Assembly (NCBI GenBank): GCA_049510745.1
Contig: JBEKYR010000032.1
Coordinates: forward strand, 1 to 57,644
Direction of reading: 5' to 3'
DNA length: 57,644 bases
Source of the DNA: Verrucomicrobiota bacterium
Lineage (GTDB): Bacteria; Verrucomicrobiota; Verrucomicrobiia; Limisphaerales; Palsa-1400
Shown here: piece by piece, positions 17,982 to 30,435 of the stretch
How positions within the stretch are numbered: the first letter of the stretch is position 1
How the letters are laid out: each line of letters opens with the position of its first letter
Program-made: the position numbers and the translations under genes
Notes under the pieces: generated by a model
What the model was told of the DNA's origin: nothing
What the model saw: the letters and a program-made list of their open reading frames with translations, nothing else
Database searches by the model: none

Positions 17982-19529
17982 ATGCACTCAGCCGTCCTGT
18001 CCATACTCGGAATCTCCCCCACCGCCACCGTTGTCCTTGCCGTTGTCGGTATTGTTCTGGTCATCTTTTTCTTCCTCGCCATCTGGGCCAGCCGTTACAC
18101 CAAGGTCGGCCCCAACCAGGTCCTGGTCGTCTCGGGGCGCAAACACAGATTCGTTGAAGCCGACGGCACCGTCCACGACCGCGGCTTTCGCATCGTCAAG
18201 GGCGGCGGCACCTTTGTCATGCCGGTGGTGGAAAAGGTCGATGTTCTCTCCCTGGAACTGCTCACCATCGACGTGCAAACCCCGGAGGTCTATACCAGCA
18301 AGGGCGTGCCCGTCAGAGTCGATGGCGTCGCGCAGATCAAGATCAAGGGCGACGACATCTCCATCGCCACCGCCTCCGAACAGGTCTTGAGCAAAACCAT
18401 CGACGAAATCAAAAACGTCGCCACCCAGACCCTCGAAGGCCATTTGCGCGCCATTCTCGGCACCATGACCGTGGAAGACATTTACCAGAACCGCGACGCC
18501 TTCGCCTCCAAAGTCCAGGAAGTCGCCGCGGGCGACATGGCCAACATGGGGCTGGCCATCGTCAGTTTCACCATTCGGGATATTCGTGATGGCCAGGGCT
18601 ACCTGGAAGCCCTGGGCAAACCCCGCATCGCCCAGGTCAAACGCGACGCCACCATCGCCCAGGCCGAAGCCGACCGCGACGCCATGATTCGTTCCGCCCA
18701 GGCCACCCAGGCCGGGCAGGAGGCCAAGTACGTGGCCGACACCAAAATCGCCGAAGCGCAGCGCGATTATCAATCCAATGTCGCCATGTATCAGGCCGCT
18801 GTCAATCAGAAGAAAGCGGAGGCCGACCTGGCCTACGACCTGCAAAAGTTCAAGACCGGCCAATTGGTCAAGGCCGAGGAAATACAGGTCAACATCATTG
18901 AGAAGCAGAAACAAATCGAACTGCAACAGCAGGAAATCCTCCGCAAACAGCGCGAGTTGGAAGCCAACGTGCAGAAACCGGCCGACGCCGAGCGTTACCG
19001 GGTCGAAACGCTGGCCAACGCCACCAAGTTCCAATTGGAAACCGAAGCCGCCGGCGCCGCCTCCGCCGCGAAGGCCAAGGGCTTCGCCTCCGCCGACGTG
19101 GTCAAAGCCACCGGTTTGGCCGAGGCCGACGCCAACAAGGCGCGCGGTTTGGCCGAGGCGGCCATCATCGAGGCCCAAGGCGCCGCCACCGCCCAGGCCA
19201 TGAAACTCAAGGCCGATTCCTTCAAGCAATACAACGAGGCCGCCGTCATCGAGATGATCGTGCGCGTCCTGCCGGAAGTCGCCGGCAAGATAAGCGAACC
19301 CTTGTCCAAGACCGAGAAGATCGTCATCATCAACAGCGGCAGTGGCAGCGGCGGCGGCGCCAGCAAGCTCACGGGGGACGTGACGCAAATCATCAGCCAG
19401 CTTCCGCCGGTCATCGAAAGCCTGACCGGGATTAAACTCGAGAAACTCCTCGCCCAGGTTCCGGCCTTGAAAAAGGCGATGGGCGACTTCGGGAGCAAGG
19501 GCGCCGACTCGCCGGGCGGCCAGGGCTGA
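17982..19529 (+). CDS. Flotillin-family SPFH protein
   Basis: N-terminal TM, GGGTFVMP, LEGHLRAILGTMTVE, Ala/Glu-rich coiled coil. Confidence 0.93.
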   Translation: MHSAVLSILGISPTATVVLAVVGIVLVIFFFLAIWASRYTKVGPNQVLVVSGRKHRFVEADGTVHDRGFRIVKGGGTFVMPVVEKVDVLSLELLTIDVQTPEVYTSKGVPVRVDGVAQIKIKGDDISIATASEQVLSKTIDEIKNVATQTLEGHLRAILGTMTVEDIYQNRDAFASKVQEVAAGDMANMGLAIVSFTIRDIRDGQGYLEALGKPRIAQVKRDATIAQAEADRDAMIRSAQATQAGQEAKYVADTKIAEAQRDYQSNVAMYQAAVNQKKAEADLAYDLQKFKTGQLVKAEEIQVNIIEKQKQIELQQQEILRKQRELEANVQKPADAERYRVETLANATKFQLETEAAGAASAAKAKGFASADVVKATGLAEADANKARGLAEAAIIEAQGAATAQAMKLKADSFKQYNEAAVIEMIVRVLPEVAGKISEPLSKTEKIVIINSGSGSGGGASKLTGDVTQIISQLPPVIESLTGIKLEKLLAQVPALKKAMGDFGSKGADSPGGQG

Positions 19530-19574
19530 AGCCAAAGCATTGCCTTTGAGTTTGATGCGGCTTATATTTGACCC

Positions 19575-19991
19575 ATGAAAACGCTGGAAACGGCATCGCT
19601 GGGATTTCGGTTGACGGCTCACGACATTCGCGCCGCCGCCGCGCGCTGGGCGCATCCCGGAGACCCTCTCGCGGAATGGCGGTTTGAATTCGGGGAATGG
19701 CGCAAGGCGTGCGCGGAACTGCAAGAGATGGAACAGGAGAAGATCATTTCCGAAAAGACGCCGGCGCCGTTGACCCTGCGCCAACACCGTTACCTGCTCT
19801 TTTTGTTAATGACTCGCGGAGAAGAACTGGCCCTGCACTTGATGCAGGACAAAGACGCCTCCGCGGCGGAGAAGGGCCGTCTGATTGACCAGGTGGATGC
19901 GTTCCTGGGCACGCTCCGCGATTCGTGGCAGACGTGGCATGGGGAGGCCTTGCCCGCGCACCGCGAAGCGCTGGCCAAGTTTTTTGCTTGA
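19575..19991 (+). CDS. Hypothetical alpha-helical protein (possible antitoxin-like)
   Basis: 138-aa ORF preceded by TTGCCT-17 nt-TATATT (19540-19568), 6 nt before the ATG. Confidence 0.65.
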   Translation: MKTLETASLGFRLTAHDIRAAAARWAHPGDPLAEWRFEFGEWRKACAELQEMEQEKIISEKTPAPLTLRQHRYLLFLLMTRGEELALHLMQDKDASAAEKGRLIDQVDAFLGTLRDSWQTWHGEALPAHREALAKFFA

Positions 19992-20200
19992 CCGTGCATC
20001 CGGTGTTGGAAGAGCTTTTTCGCTTGCGGGAGGAACGTGATGTCGAGATCGATCCGGCCGTCAAGACGGAGCTTCAGGCGCGGTTTCACGCCCGCCTGGA
20101 AGCGTTTCTTTGCGAGAATAACTTGAAAATGACTCACGCGGAGTTCCTCGCCGCCACTCGCGAGGATTATCGGAACTGGCGGCGCAACCCGCGCACGTAA
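19988..20200 (+). CDS. Small hypothetical protein coupled to the upstream gene
   Basis: TTG/GTG start overlapping or next to the upstream stop; HPVLEELFRLREERD..REDYRNWRR; stop lies 1 nt before the next ATG. Confidence 0.55.
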   Translation: MTVHPVLEELFRLREERDVEIDPAVKTELQARFHARLEAFLCENNLKMTHAEFLAATREDYRNWRRNPRT

Positions 20201-20201
20201 T

Positions 20202-21062
20202 ATGCGATTATTTGATGCTATACTTGACGCCAACCATCGCGCGCTGGCCGGAGACCAGTCGGCGGGCGTGCATGTGGCCGATTTCGCCAACGAGTTGCCG
20301 GTGGTCGCCCTGACCTGCATCGACCCGCGCCTGAACCGGTTTTTTCCCGGCGTGCTCGCCCTGCCGGTCGAGCATTTCATCTGGCTGCGCAACGCCGGCA
20401 ACATCATCACCAGCCCCCTCAGCAGCACGATGCGCTCCCTGGCCCTGGCCTGCGCGATCAAGGGCGGGCGGGAAATCGCCGTCATCGGCCACACCGACTG
20501 CCAGGTGCGCGCCACCACCGTTTCATTCTTGACAGACCAGTTCAAGGCGCTCGGCGTGGACCGGCGGCAGTTGCCGGAGAACTTGACCGAGTACTTCGGC
20601 CTGTTTGCCAGCGAACGGGCCAATGTCATCCGCGCCGTGGACCTGATCCGCCACAGCCCCTTGATTGGCCCCAAAATCCCGGTGCATGGCCTGATGGTGG
20701 ATATTGAGACCGGCAAGCTCGAGTGGGTCGTCAATGGTTACGAGACGCTCGATCAAGCCACCGCCGTGCGGCCCGGTTTGGATCTCCCGGCCGTCGGTTC
20801 CACGGCCGGTTTGTCCTCGGCCCGGGGCGCCTTTGACATCGGCGAGATGAAATTCCCTGAAACCAAAATCGGCGAAATGGTCGGGCAAGCCGGGCAACTG
20901 CTTTCCGAGATGAAACGGGAAGTTTCCTCGATTCTCCCCAGCGCGCCGCCCAGCGCTCCCCCGGCCCCGCCGCCTATCCCGCCGCCGATCCCGCCGCGGC
21001 GCGCCATTCCGGTCCCCCCGCCCATTCGCGTGCAACCGGGCGGCCGCGTCCGCCGGGGATAG
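20202..21062 (+). CDS. Beta-class carbonic anhydrase with Pro-rich tail
   Basis: Zn ligands in TCIDPRL and GHTDC; RNAGN motif. Confidence 0.88.
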   Translation: MRLFDAILDANHRALAGDQSAGVHVADFANELPVVALTCIDPRLNRFFPGVLALPVEHFIWLRNAGNIITSPLSSTMRSLALACAIKGGREIAVIGHTDCQVRATTVSFLTDQFKALGVDRRQLPENLTEYFGLFASERANVIRAVDLIRHSPLIGPKIPVHGLMVDIETGKLEWVVNGYETLDQATAVRPGLDLPAVGSTAGLSSARGAFDIGEMKFPETKIGEMVGQAGQLLSEMKREVSSILPSAPPSAPPAPPPIPPPIPPRRAIPVPPPIRVQPGGRVRRG

Positions 21063-21116
21063 CCGCAAAAAGTCGCGGGTTTACAGCCTTCGCTTTCGCT
21101 CGTATCTTGCCGGCCA

Positions 21117-22208
21117 ATGTCGGTGGCGGCTAAAACACGGGTGATTGTCGGGATGAGCGGTGGCGTCGATTCGTCCGCCGCGGCGGCTTTGCTCTTGGAG
21201 CAGGGCTACGACGTCGTCGGCATCACCCTCAAACTCTGGCCGCAGGATTGCGTCTCGCGGGCGGAGGACAAATGTTGCGGGCCGCAGGCCGTGACCGACG
21301 CCCGCTCCGTTTGCCACAAACTGGGGATTCCTTATTACCTGATCGATGAGGCTGGCGCCTTTCAAAAACAGGTCATCGCCTACTTCGCCGAGGAATACAA
21401 AGCCGGGCGCACTCCCAACCCGTGCGTCATTTGCAATGAAAAATTGAAGTTCGGCGCCTTGCTCGACCGCGCCCGTCAATTGGGCGGCGAATTCGTCGCC
21501 ACCGGCCACTTTGCCCGGCTGGAAAAAAGCGCGGACGGCCAACGCACATTGCTCAAGAAAGGCCGCGACCCGCGCAAGGACCAGAGTTACTTTCTCTTTT
21601 CCCTGCGGCAACACCAGCTTTCCCGCGCCCTGTTTCCCCTCGGCGAGAAAACCAAGCAGGACACGCGGCAAGTCGCGCGCGAGCGCCAGTTGAAAACGGC
21701 CGACAAAGAGGAGAGCATGGAAATCTGTTTTGTGCCGGACAACGATTACGGCAAATTCCTCTCCGCCGCCCGGCTCGTGCAGCCGCATGGCGGCGACATT
21801 GTCGATCTGCGCGGCCAGGTTCTGGGCCGCCATCAGGGCGTGGAATTTTTTACGGTCGGCCAGCGCAAGGGCCTGGGAATTTCCGCCCCCAAACCCCTTT
21901 ACGTCATCGAACTCGATGCCGCGCGCAACCGCGTCGTCGTCGGGGACGACTCGGCGCTGGACCGCGACGAATTCAAGGTCGAGCGGTGCAACTGGATTCC
22001 CTTCGACGCGCCGCCGGCGGAAATGGAAGTCACGGCCAAAATCCGCTACAACCATCCCGGCACGCCGGCGTCAATCCGGCCGATGGCCGATGGCACGGCC
22101 ACCGTCAAGTTGCGCGTCCCGCAGCGGGCGGTCACGCCGGGGCAGGCCTGCGTATTCTACGACAATGATTTGGTGGTGGGCGGCGGCTGGATCGCGGCGC
22201 ACGGGTGA
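21117..22208 (+). CDS. mnmA: tRNA 2-thiouridylase
   Basis: GMSGGVDSS, GRTPNPCVICN, ATGHFAR, KDQSYFL, ESMEICF, AVTPGQACVFY. Confidence 0.97.
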   Translation: MSVAAKTRVIVGMSGGVDSSAAAALLLEQGYDVVGITLKLWPQDCVSRAEDKCCGPQAVTDARSVCHKLGIPYYLIDEAGAFQKQVIAYFAEEYKAGRTPNPCVICNEKLKFGALLDRARQLGGEFVATGHFARLEKSADGQRTLLKKGRDPRKDQSYFLFSLRQHQLSRALFPLGEKTKQDTRQVARERQLKTADKEESMEICFVPDNDYGKFLSAARLVQPHGGDIVDLRGQVLGRHQGVEFFTVGQRKGLGISAPKPLYVIELDAARNRVVVGDDSALDRDEFKVERCNWIPFDAPPAEMEVTAKIRYNHPGTPASIRPMADGTATVKLRVPQRAVTPGQACVFYDNDLVVGGGWIAAHG

Positions 22209-22209
22209 T

Positions 22210-22761
22210 TTACGGACTCGTTCTTCCTTCCAGGCGCGCGACGGCGTCCTTCATTTCGCGCAGATGTGCCGACGGGTCCGGCGAATCGGTGATGTGAACG
22301 ATTTTGCCGTCCAGTCCGATCAGGAAACTGACCCGGCGATCCATTTTTTTCTCGCCGGTCATCCGGGCGTGATAGGCTTTGGCAATGCTGCCGGAGGTGT
22401 CGGCGATCAACGGGAAGTTAAGGTTGTATTTGAAGGCAAAGCGTTTGTGGCTGGCGGCGGGATCGAAACTGACCCCCACGACCGCGACACCCTCCTGTTT
22501 GAAATCGACCATGCTGTCGCGCAAACCGCACGCTTCGGCGGTGCAGCCGCCCGTGTCGTCTTTGGGATAAAAGTAGAGGAGCACGACCTGCTTGCCGAGG
22601 TCGTCTTTGAGTTTCCATTTCTTGCCATCCTGGTCATGCCCGGAGACGCGCGGGGCGGTGTCGCCCACCTTGAGTGGAAGGCTGCGGGCCAGGACCGGCG
22701 CGGCGGCAGCGGCGAAAACAACGGCGGAAATCCAACAAAGGCAGCGGCGGAATGATTTCAT
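22210..22761 (-). CDS. bcp: Peroxiredoxin (BCP/PrxQ) with signal peptide
   Basis: LYFYPKDDTGGCTAEAC. Confidence 0.88.
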   Translation of the reverse strand: MKSFRRCLCWISAVVFAAAAAPVLARSLPLKVGDTAPRVSGHDQDGKKWKLKDDLGKQVVLLYFYPKDDTGGCTAEACGLRDSMVDFKQEGVAVVGVSFDPAASHKRFAFKYNLNFPLIADTSGSIAKAYHARMTGEKKMDRRVSFLIGLDGKIVHITDSPDPSAHLREMKDAVARLEGRTSP

Positions 22762-22867
22762 AGATAGTTCTTTCGCCGTGTGACATACCCATTCCCCGGC
22801 CGATTGTCAAACCAGTCCGGCAGGTCAGCCCTCGTGGAACCGCCGGCACTCTCGAAAACGCGCGCGA

Positions 22868-25319
<2,452 letters not shown>

Positions 25320-25323
<4 letters not shown>

Positions 25324-26441
25324 GCGACCTCGTCCAGCACCGCCCCAGCCCCATGCCGACCCTCAACACGACCACCCCCCGTGTTTTCATCGCCGCCACC
25401 CGCCAGAACGAGGGCAAAACGACCATCTCGCTCGGTTTGCTCGCCGCCTTGCAACGCTTCTATCCCCGCATCGGCTACATCAAACCCGTCGGCCAGCGCT
25501 TTGTCGAAATCGAAGAGCAAAAGATCGACGAGGACACCGTTCTCATGGACCAGGTCTATCGGCTCAATTGTCCCCTGGTCGATATGAGCCCCATTGCGGT
25601 CGAGCCGGATTTCACCCGCAAGTATTTGCAGCACTCCAATAATGACGCCCTCGTCCGAAGGATCGTCAAGGCCTTTGACCGCGTCGCCTGGGAAAAGGAC
25701 TTCGTGCTCTGCGAAGGCTCCGGCCACGCCGGCGTCGGCTCGGTCTTCGACCTTTCCAACGCCCACGTGGCCAAAATTGTCGGGGCAAAAGTTATTATTG
25801 TCAGCCAGGGCGGCATCGGCAAGCCGATTGACGAAGTCTATCTCAACCAGGCCGTTTTTGAACGCGAGGGGGTTGAGATCATCGGCGTCATTTTGAACAA
25901 GGTCACCCCGGACAAACTGGACCACATCACCGAGTTCGCCCGCCGCGGCTTCAAGCGCATGGGACTCGATTTGCTGGGCGTTCTGCCCCACCGCCCCATC
26001 CTCTCCAGCCCCACTCTCGCCGCCATTCAGGAGGAGATGCGCGCCCGTTCTCTCAACTCTTTCAACGGCGCCAACAATCTCGTCGAGAGCGTCGTCATCG
26101 GCGCCATGGGCGCCCAGACCGCCATCGGCCATTTCAAGCGCGGCGCCCTGGTCATCACTCCCGGCGACCGCGAGGACATCATCCGCGCCGCCGTCGAACC
26201 GGGCCGCCAACTGGCCGGCATGGTCCTGACCGAGAAGCTCACCCCGGTCAACGGCGTCCTGCGCCTCATCGAGCAAGCCTCTTTCCCCGTCCTGCTGGCG
26301 GACGAGGACAGCTACGAAGTGGCCTCCCGCGTCCACAATCTCATTGTCAAAACCCGCGCGGCGGACACCGAGAAAATCTCGGTCATCCGCGACCTGATCG
26401 CCGAGCACGTCGATGTCAACAAAATCCTGCGCGCACTGTAA
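25320..26441 (+). CDS. AAA_26 (BioD-like) + DRTGG protein (stand-alone Pta N-terminal region)
   Basis: ATRQNEGKTT, YIKPVGQ, LCEGSGH, VITPGDREDI. Confidence 0.85.
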
Positions 26442-26452
26442 CGCCCTATTAT

Positions 26453-27559
26453 ATGAACCTTCCCTTCTCCTTGAATCCCGTCCTCGAACATTTGCCCGTC
26501 TATCTGCCGGGCCGCCCGATTGCCGAGGTGGCGCGCGAATTGGGCCTGCCCGCCCGCCAGATCATCAAAATGGCCTCCAACGAAAATCCGCTCGGCCCTT
26601 CCCCCGCCGCCCTCGCCGCCTTGCGCCGCGCCGCCGGCCAGGTGCATTTGTATCCGGACGGCAACGCCTTTTATTTCAAGCAAAAGCTGGCGGCCAAACT
26701 CGGCGTCGATCCCGCCAGCCTCATCCTCGGCAACGGCTCCAACGACCTCATCGAGTTCCTCGGCCACGCCCTGATGGGGCCGGGCACCGAGGTCGTCGTT
26801 TCCGAATACTGCTTTGCCATCTACCCCATCGTGGCCCGGCTCTTCGGCGCCCGGGTCGTCACCGTGCCGGCCAAAAATTACGGGCACGACCTGGCGGCGA
26901 TGGGCAAGGCGATTGGCGTCAACACCAAAGTCATTTTCGTGGCCAACCCGAACAACCCCACCGGCACCCTGGCCCCCGCCGCCGACGTGCGGCGCCTGGT
27001 CGGGGAAGTGCCGCCCAGCGTCGTCCTGGCGATGGACGAGGCCTACCTCGAGTTCCTCGACAAACCGCTGGATTTGCTCCCGCTGATTCGCTCCGGGCAA
27101 AAGCCCAATCTCATCCTCCTGCGGACCTTCTCGAAAATTTACGGCCTGGCCGGCTTGCGCCTGGGTTACGGCATCGCGCACCCCGATTTCGTGGCCGCGC
27201 TGGAAAAAATCCGCCAGCCCTTCAACATCAATTCCCTGGCGCAGGAGGCCGGCCTGGCCGCTTTGGACGACACCGCCCATGTCCGCAAAACCCGCCAGAA
27301 CAATTTCCGCGGACGGACCCTTTTGGAAACCGGCTTTTCCAAAATGGGCCTCGAATATGTCCCGTCGTCCGCCAACTTCGTTCTTGTCCGGGTGGGGCGT
27401 GGACAGGAGGTATTCGAGCAATTGCAGCGCCAGGGCGTCATCGTCCGGCCGATGGGTGGCTACCAACTGCCGGAATGGATACGCGTCTCGGTCGGCACGC
27501 CGGCGGAAAACCGCCGCTGCCTGGCCGCCCTGAAAAAAGTCATGCGCGCCGCTGCGTGA
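26453..27559 (+). CDS. hisC: Histidinol-phosphate aminotransferase
   Basis: KMASNENPLGPSP, GNGSND, ANPNNPTG, DEAY, RTFSKIYGLAGLRLGY. Confidence 0.95.
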   Translation: MNLPFSLNPVLEHLPVYLPGRPIAEVARELGLPARQIIKMASNENPLGPSPAALAALRRAAGQVHLYPDGNAFYFKQKLAAKLGVDPASLILGNGSNDLIEFLGHALMGPGTEVVVSEYCFAIYPIVARLFGARVVTVPAKNYGHDLAAMGKAIGVNTKVIFVANPNNPTGTLAPAADVRRLVGEVPPSVVLAMDEAYLEFLDKPLDLLPLIRSGQKPNLILLRTFSKIYGLAGLRLGYGIAHPDFVAALEKIRQPFNINSLAQEAGLAALDDTAHVRKTRQNNFRGRTLLETGFSKMGLEYVPSSANFVLVRVGRGQEVFEQLQRQGVIVRPMGGYQLPEWIRVSVGTPAENRRCLAALKKVMRAAA

Positions 27560-27610
27560 CAGGATTCAGTGCAATAGGGGCGCAGGCCCACCGCGCAGAA
27601 AGGCGGATTT

Positions 27611-27667
27611 TTGACAGGATGGCAGGATGAAGAATGGATTATCCTGTTTATCCTGTCATCCTGTCAA
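27611..27667. repeat. ACAGGAT/ATCCTGT palindromic repeat (possible terminator or REP-like)
   Basis: TTGACAGGATGGCAGGATGA (27611-27630) is inverted to TTATCCTGTCATCCTGTCAA (27648-27667), 18/20. Confidence 0.75.
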
Positions 27668-27934
27668 GAATTCCTCTTTCTTCGCGCACAGCTTGCGCAA
27701 TGGCCTCCGGATCGACCTTGACGCCCTCGGCCTTCAAAACAAGGGCATCACCCCGCTTTACGAGCCTGCCGACGATCCGCCTCGGCTTGATGCAGGAATG
27801 TTCCCTTGCTGGCGCGGAGACGTTCCTGGTGAACGGCCTGATTGCTGATGTCGCGCGGCTGATTTCAGATTGCCTGAATATCAATTCACCCGGCGCTTGC
27901 CAAAACCTGCAAACAACCGCAATCATTAAAAGCG

Positions 27935-28792
27935 ATGCACATTGCGCAAACAAAAGACACCAGCCTGAAAAGCGGCGGGCCGCAATACTATCTGCATGAT
28001 GTGCCGGATTACGTGAAGGAATATCTTCGCAGGCGCGGCGCGTGTCCGGTTGTGTTGCAAACGCCTTATGGCATCGCCAGCAGTTCATTTACAGCCGTTG
28101 GGAGCAGGCATAAAATTTCCAAAGCCGGGAAAATTGTTGCGGGCAAGGTCGGGCATGACCGGATCCAAGGAGAGGAATCTATCGGTGAGGCAATCCGATA
28201 TTGGTATGGACTCAAGGGCGGCGGGGATTTCGCACGAATTGATTTGGACGCGGCAATTCATCCCGACAATCATTTCATCCTTATTCCGACGGCCGTGACG
28301 ATGCGGGACGGATTGCGCTCACGGACGCTCGAAAAAGTGATTTCCCCCCTTTCATTCCATCACGATTATCAAAGCAAATTCTGGAAGAAACAGATCGAAA
28401 CGTGCCGGAAGGAATCAGTCAATGATGTTTCCTGGGCGGCTTCGCAAATCAAGCGCGTTGTCGCCGAACATAAAAGTGCGGATGCGAAAAATGTGCATGA
28501 AGCCGACTTGCTTCGCGCCGCAGGTGCGTTGTCTGTCTTAGGTCTTGATTTGAGTCTTTATCTCACGAAAGGCTACGACTGTCCCAAGAGCCAGTTTAAC
28601 TTTTGCGGTTTCCCGGCCTATCCTTGTCCTGTTGAAATCAAGAAACGATCTTCAGGATTTGATTACCAGATTATGCGCTACACGGAACTCCCCAGAGCCG
28701 TCGTCTTGTGCATCGACCATGACCTGGTAAATCCACCGGCCCATGTTGATATTTTAGAACTCTCGGCTTTGGCGGATTATTTTCGCAGTTAA
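27935..28792 (+). CDS. Putative type II restriction endonuclease
   Basis: AT-richer ORF with C-terminal GYDC..CPVEIKKRSS (D..ExK) and VVLCIDHD, directly abutting (TAAATG) a DNA methyltransferase. Confidence 0.6.
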   Translation: MHIAQTKDTSLKSGGPQYYLHDVPDYVKEYLRRRGACPVVLQTPYGIASSSFTAVGSRHKISKAGKIVAGKVGHDRIQGEESIGEAIRYWYGLKGGGDFARIDLDAAIHPDNHFILIPTAVTMRDGLRSRTLEKVISPLSFHHDYQSKFWKKQIETCRKESVNDVSWAASQIKRVVAEHKSADAKNVHEADLLRAAGALSVLGLDLSLYLTKGYDCPKSQFNFCGFPAYPCPVEIKKRSSGFDYQIMRYTELPRAVVLCIDHDLVNPPAHVDILELSALADYFRS

Positions 28793-30367
28793 ATGAATCG
28801 CGCCTGTATCGAACCGATCCTCGAAGCCATTCCCGCCGCCCGGCAGGAGGACGCCCGGCATTATGGCGTGCATCCTTACTTCACGCGGCGGCCGGCAAAT
28901 GTCGTTCGCGATTACGTCGCGCGCTATTCTCAAGAAGGTGACGTGGTGCTTGATCCTTTCGGCGGCACCGGCGTCACTGCGATCGAAGCGTTCTTGCTTG
29001 GACGCAGCGCCATTCAGAACGATTTGAATCCTTTCGCAAATTTCATCGCCCGCAACATCGCGGACACGACGCTGGCTTCCACCGCGCCGCTTCGCCAAGC
29101 TTTTGAGCGGGTGGCGCAACTGTGTTCCAAACAGGTCTTGGAAATCGAAAAAGACGAAACTGTCGCAAAACGGTGGCTGAAAAAACTGCCGCTGCCGGAA
29201 AACATCCGGTTGCCGCGAAATTCAGACGCGGAATTCTTTTTTGAAATGTTCACCCCGCGCCAGTTGGCCGGGCTTGCATTGATCAAACAGGCGATTGAAC
29301 GGGAAGAGGGCGTGATCAGGGACTTGTTGCTTCTGGCTTGGTCGGCATCCGTCGCCAAACTCAACAAAACTTTTCTTTCCGCCAAAGGCCGGGCCGAAAG
29401 CCGGGGCGGTTCCAGCATCTTCAGCATCTACCGCTACAAACTCGCATCGCAATCCGTTGAGCTTCCGATTTGGGAAACGTTCCGCGGCCGCTTCCTGAAC
29501 GTCGTCGCGGCAAAGCAAGAAGTTTTGGGATTGCGCGACTATCGCCAGGAACAGGCGGGCGGCTCGTTGAGCCTCGACAGCAAAAAACATTTCCGCGTCT
29601 TGGCGCACGACGCCGCGACCCTCGACCAAATCATCAAGCCTGGGAGTGTCGATTACATTTTCACCGATCCGCCCTATGGAGCGTTCATTAGCTACCTCGA
29701 CCTTTCCATTTTATGGAATCACTGGCTTGGTTTTCCGATCACAGACGAGTCCCGGCAGCAGGAAACAATCGTCGGCGGCGAACAAGGCCATTCAGAGGAA
29801 CACTATAAACAAAGTCTGGCCCGCGGCGTCGAGACTTGCTTCCGTCTTTTGAAACCAGACCGCTGGCTTTCGATTGTCTTTCAACATTGGGACACCAGTT
29901 ACTTTGCGACGATTCTTGAGACCGCCGGGAAATCCGGCGGAGAGCTGAAAGCCGCCATCACTCAAACCGGCGACGTCATCTGGTCCATGCACAAAAAGAA
30001 GAATTCGGCAAGCGTGCTGGCGGGCGAGATGATTTTGACCTTTTACAAGCCGGCCAAAGCTCCCAAAACATCTTCACCCGCAAAAGCCGCCGCTGAAGAT
30101 TCAGCGGCCATTCTCTCGGAAGTTTTCGACGCTTGCCTGAACAATGGCGCAACCCGCTTCACCAGCGAAGCGCTCTTTAATCGGCTTGTGATTGAGTTAT
30201 GGCATCGCCGCGCCTTGGGCTGTTTGAATCTGGATCGTGCGGAGTTTGCAAAACAACTCCAACGGCGCGGATGGACTTACAGCACGCAGAGTCATTTGTG
30301 GTCCAATTCCCGTTATCCCAAAAAGGTGTTCCCGGAAATGATGCTCTTCGACCGCGACAAAGATTGA
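28793..30367 (+). CDS. DNA amino-methyltransferase (N6A/N4C)
   Basis: Motif I VLDPFGGTGVT precedes motif IV YIFTDPPY; HPYFTRRP at the N-terminus. Confidence 0.9.
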   Translation: MNRACIEPILEAIPAARQEDARHYGVHPYFTRRPANVVRDYVARYSQEGDVVLDPFGGTGVTAIEAFLLGRSAIQNDLNPFANFIARNIADTTLASTAPLRQAFERVAQLCSKQVLEIEKDETVAKRWLKKLPLPENIRLPRNSDAEFFFEMFTPRQLAGLALIKQAIEREEGVIRDLLLLAWSASVAKLNKTFLSAKGRAESRGGSSIFSIYRYKLASQSVELPIWETFRGRFLNVVAAKQEVLGLRDYRQEQAGGSLSLDSKKHFRVLAHDAATLDQIIKPGSVDYIFTDPPYGAFISYLDLSILWNHWLGFPITDESRQQETIVGGEQGHSEEHYKQSLARGVETCFRLLKPDRWLSIVFQHWDTSYFATILETAGKSGGELKAAITQTGDVIWSMHKKKNSASVLAGEMILTFYKPAKAPKTSSPAKAAAEDSAAILSEVFDACLNNGATRFTSEALFNRLVIELWHRRALGCLNLDRAEFAKQLQRRGWTYSTQSHLWSNSRYPKKVFPEMMLFDRDKD

Positions 30368-30435
30368 CTGTCGAAAAATTGGAGTTGAATCGCGCCGGAA
30401 ACAGATTACTTATTGCATCGGAAAGTGCATAAAAA

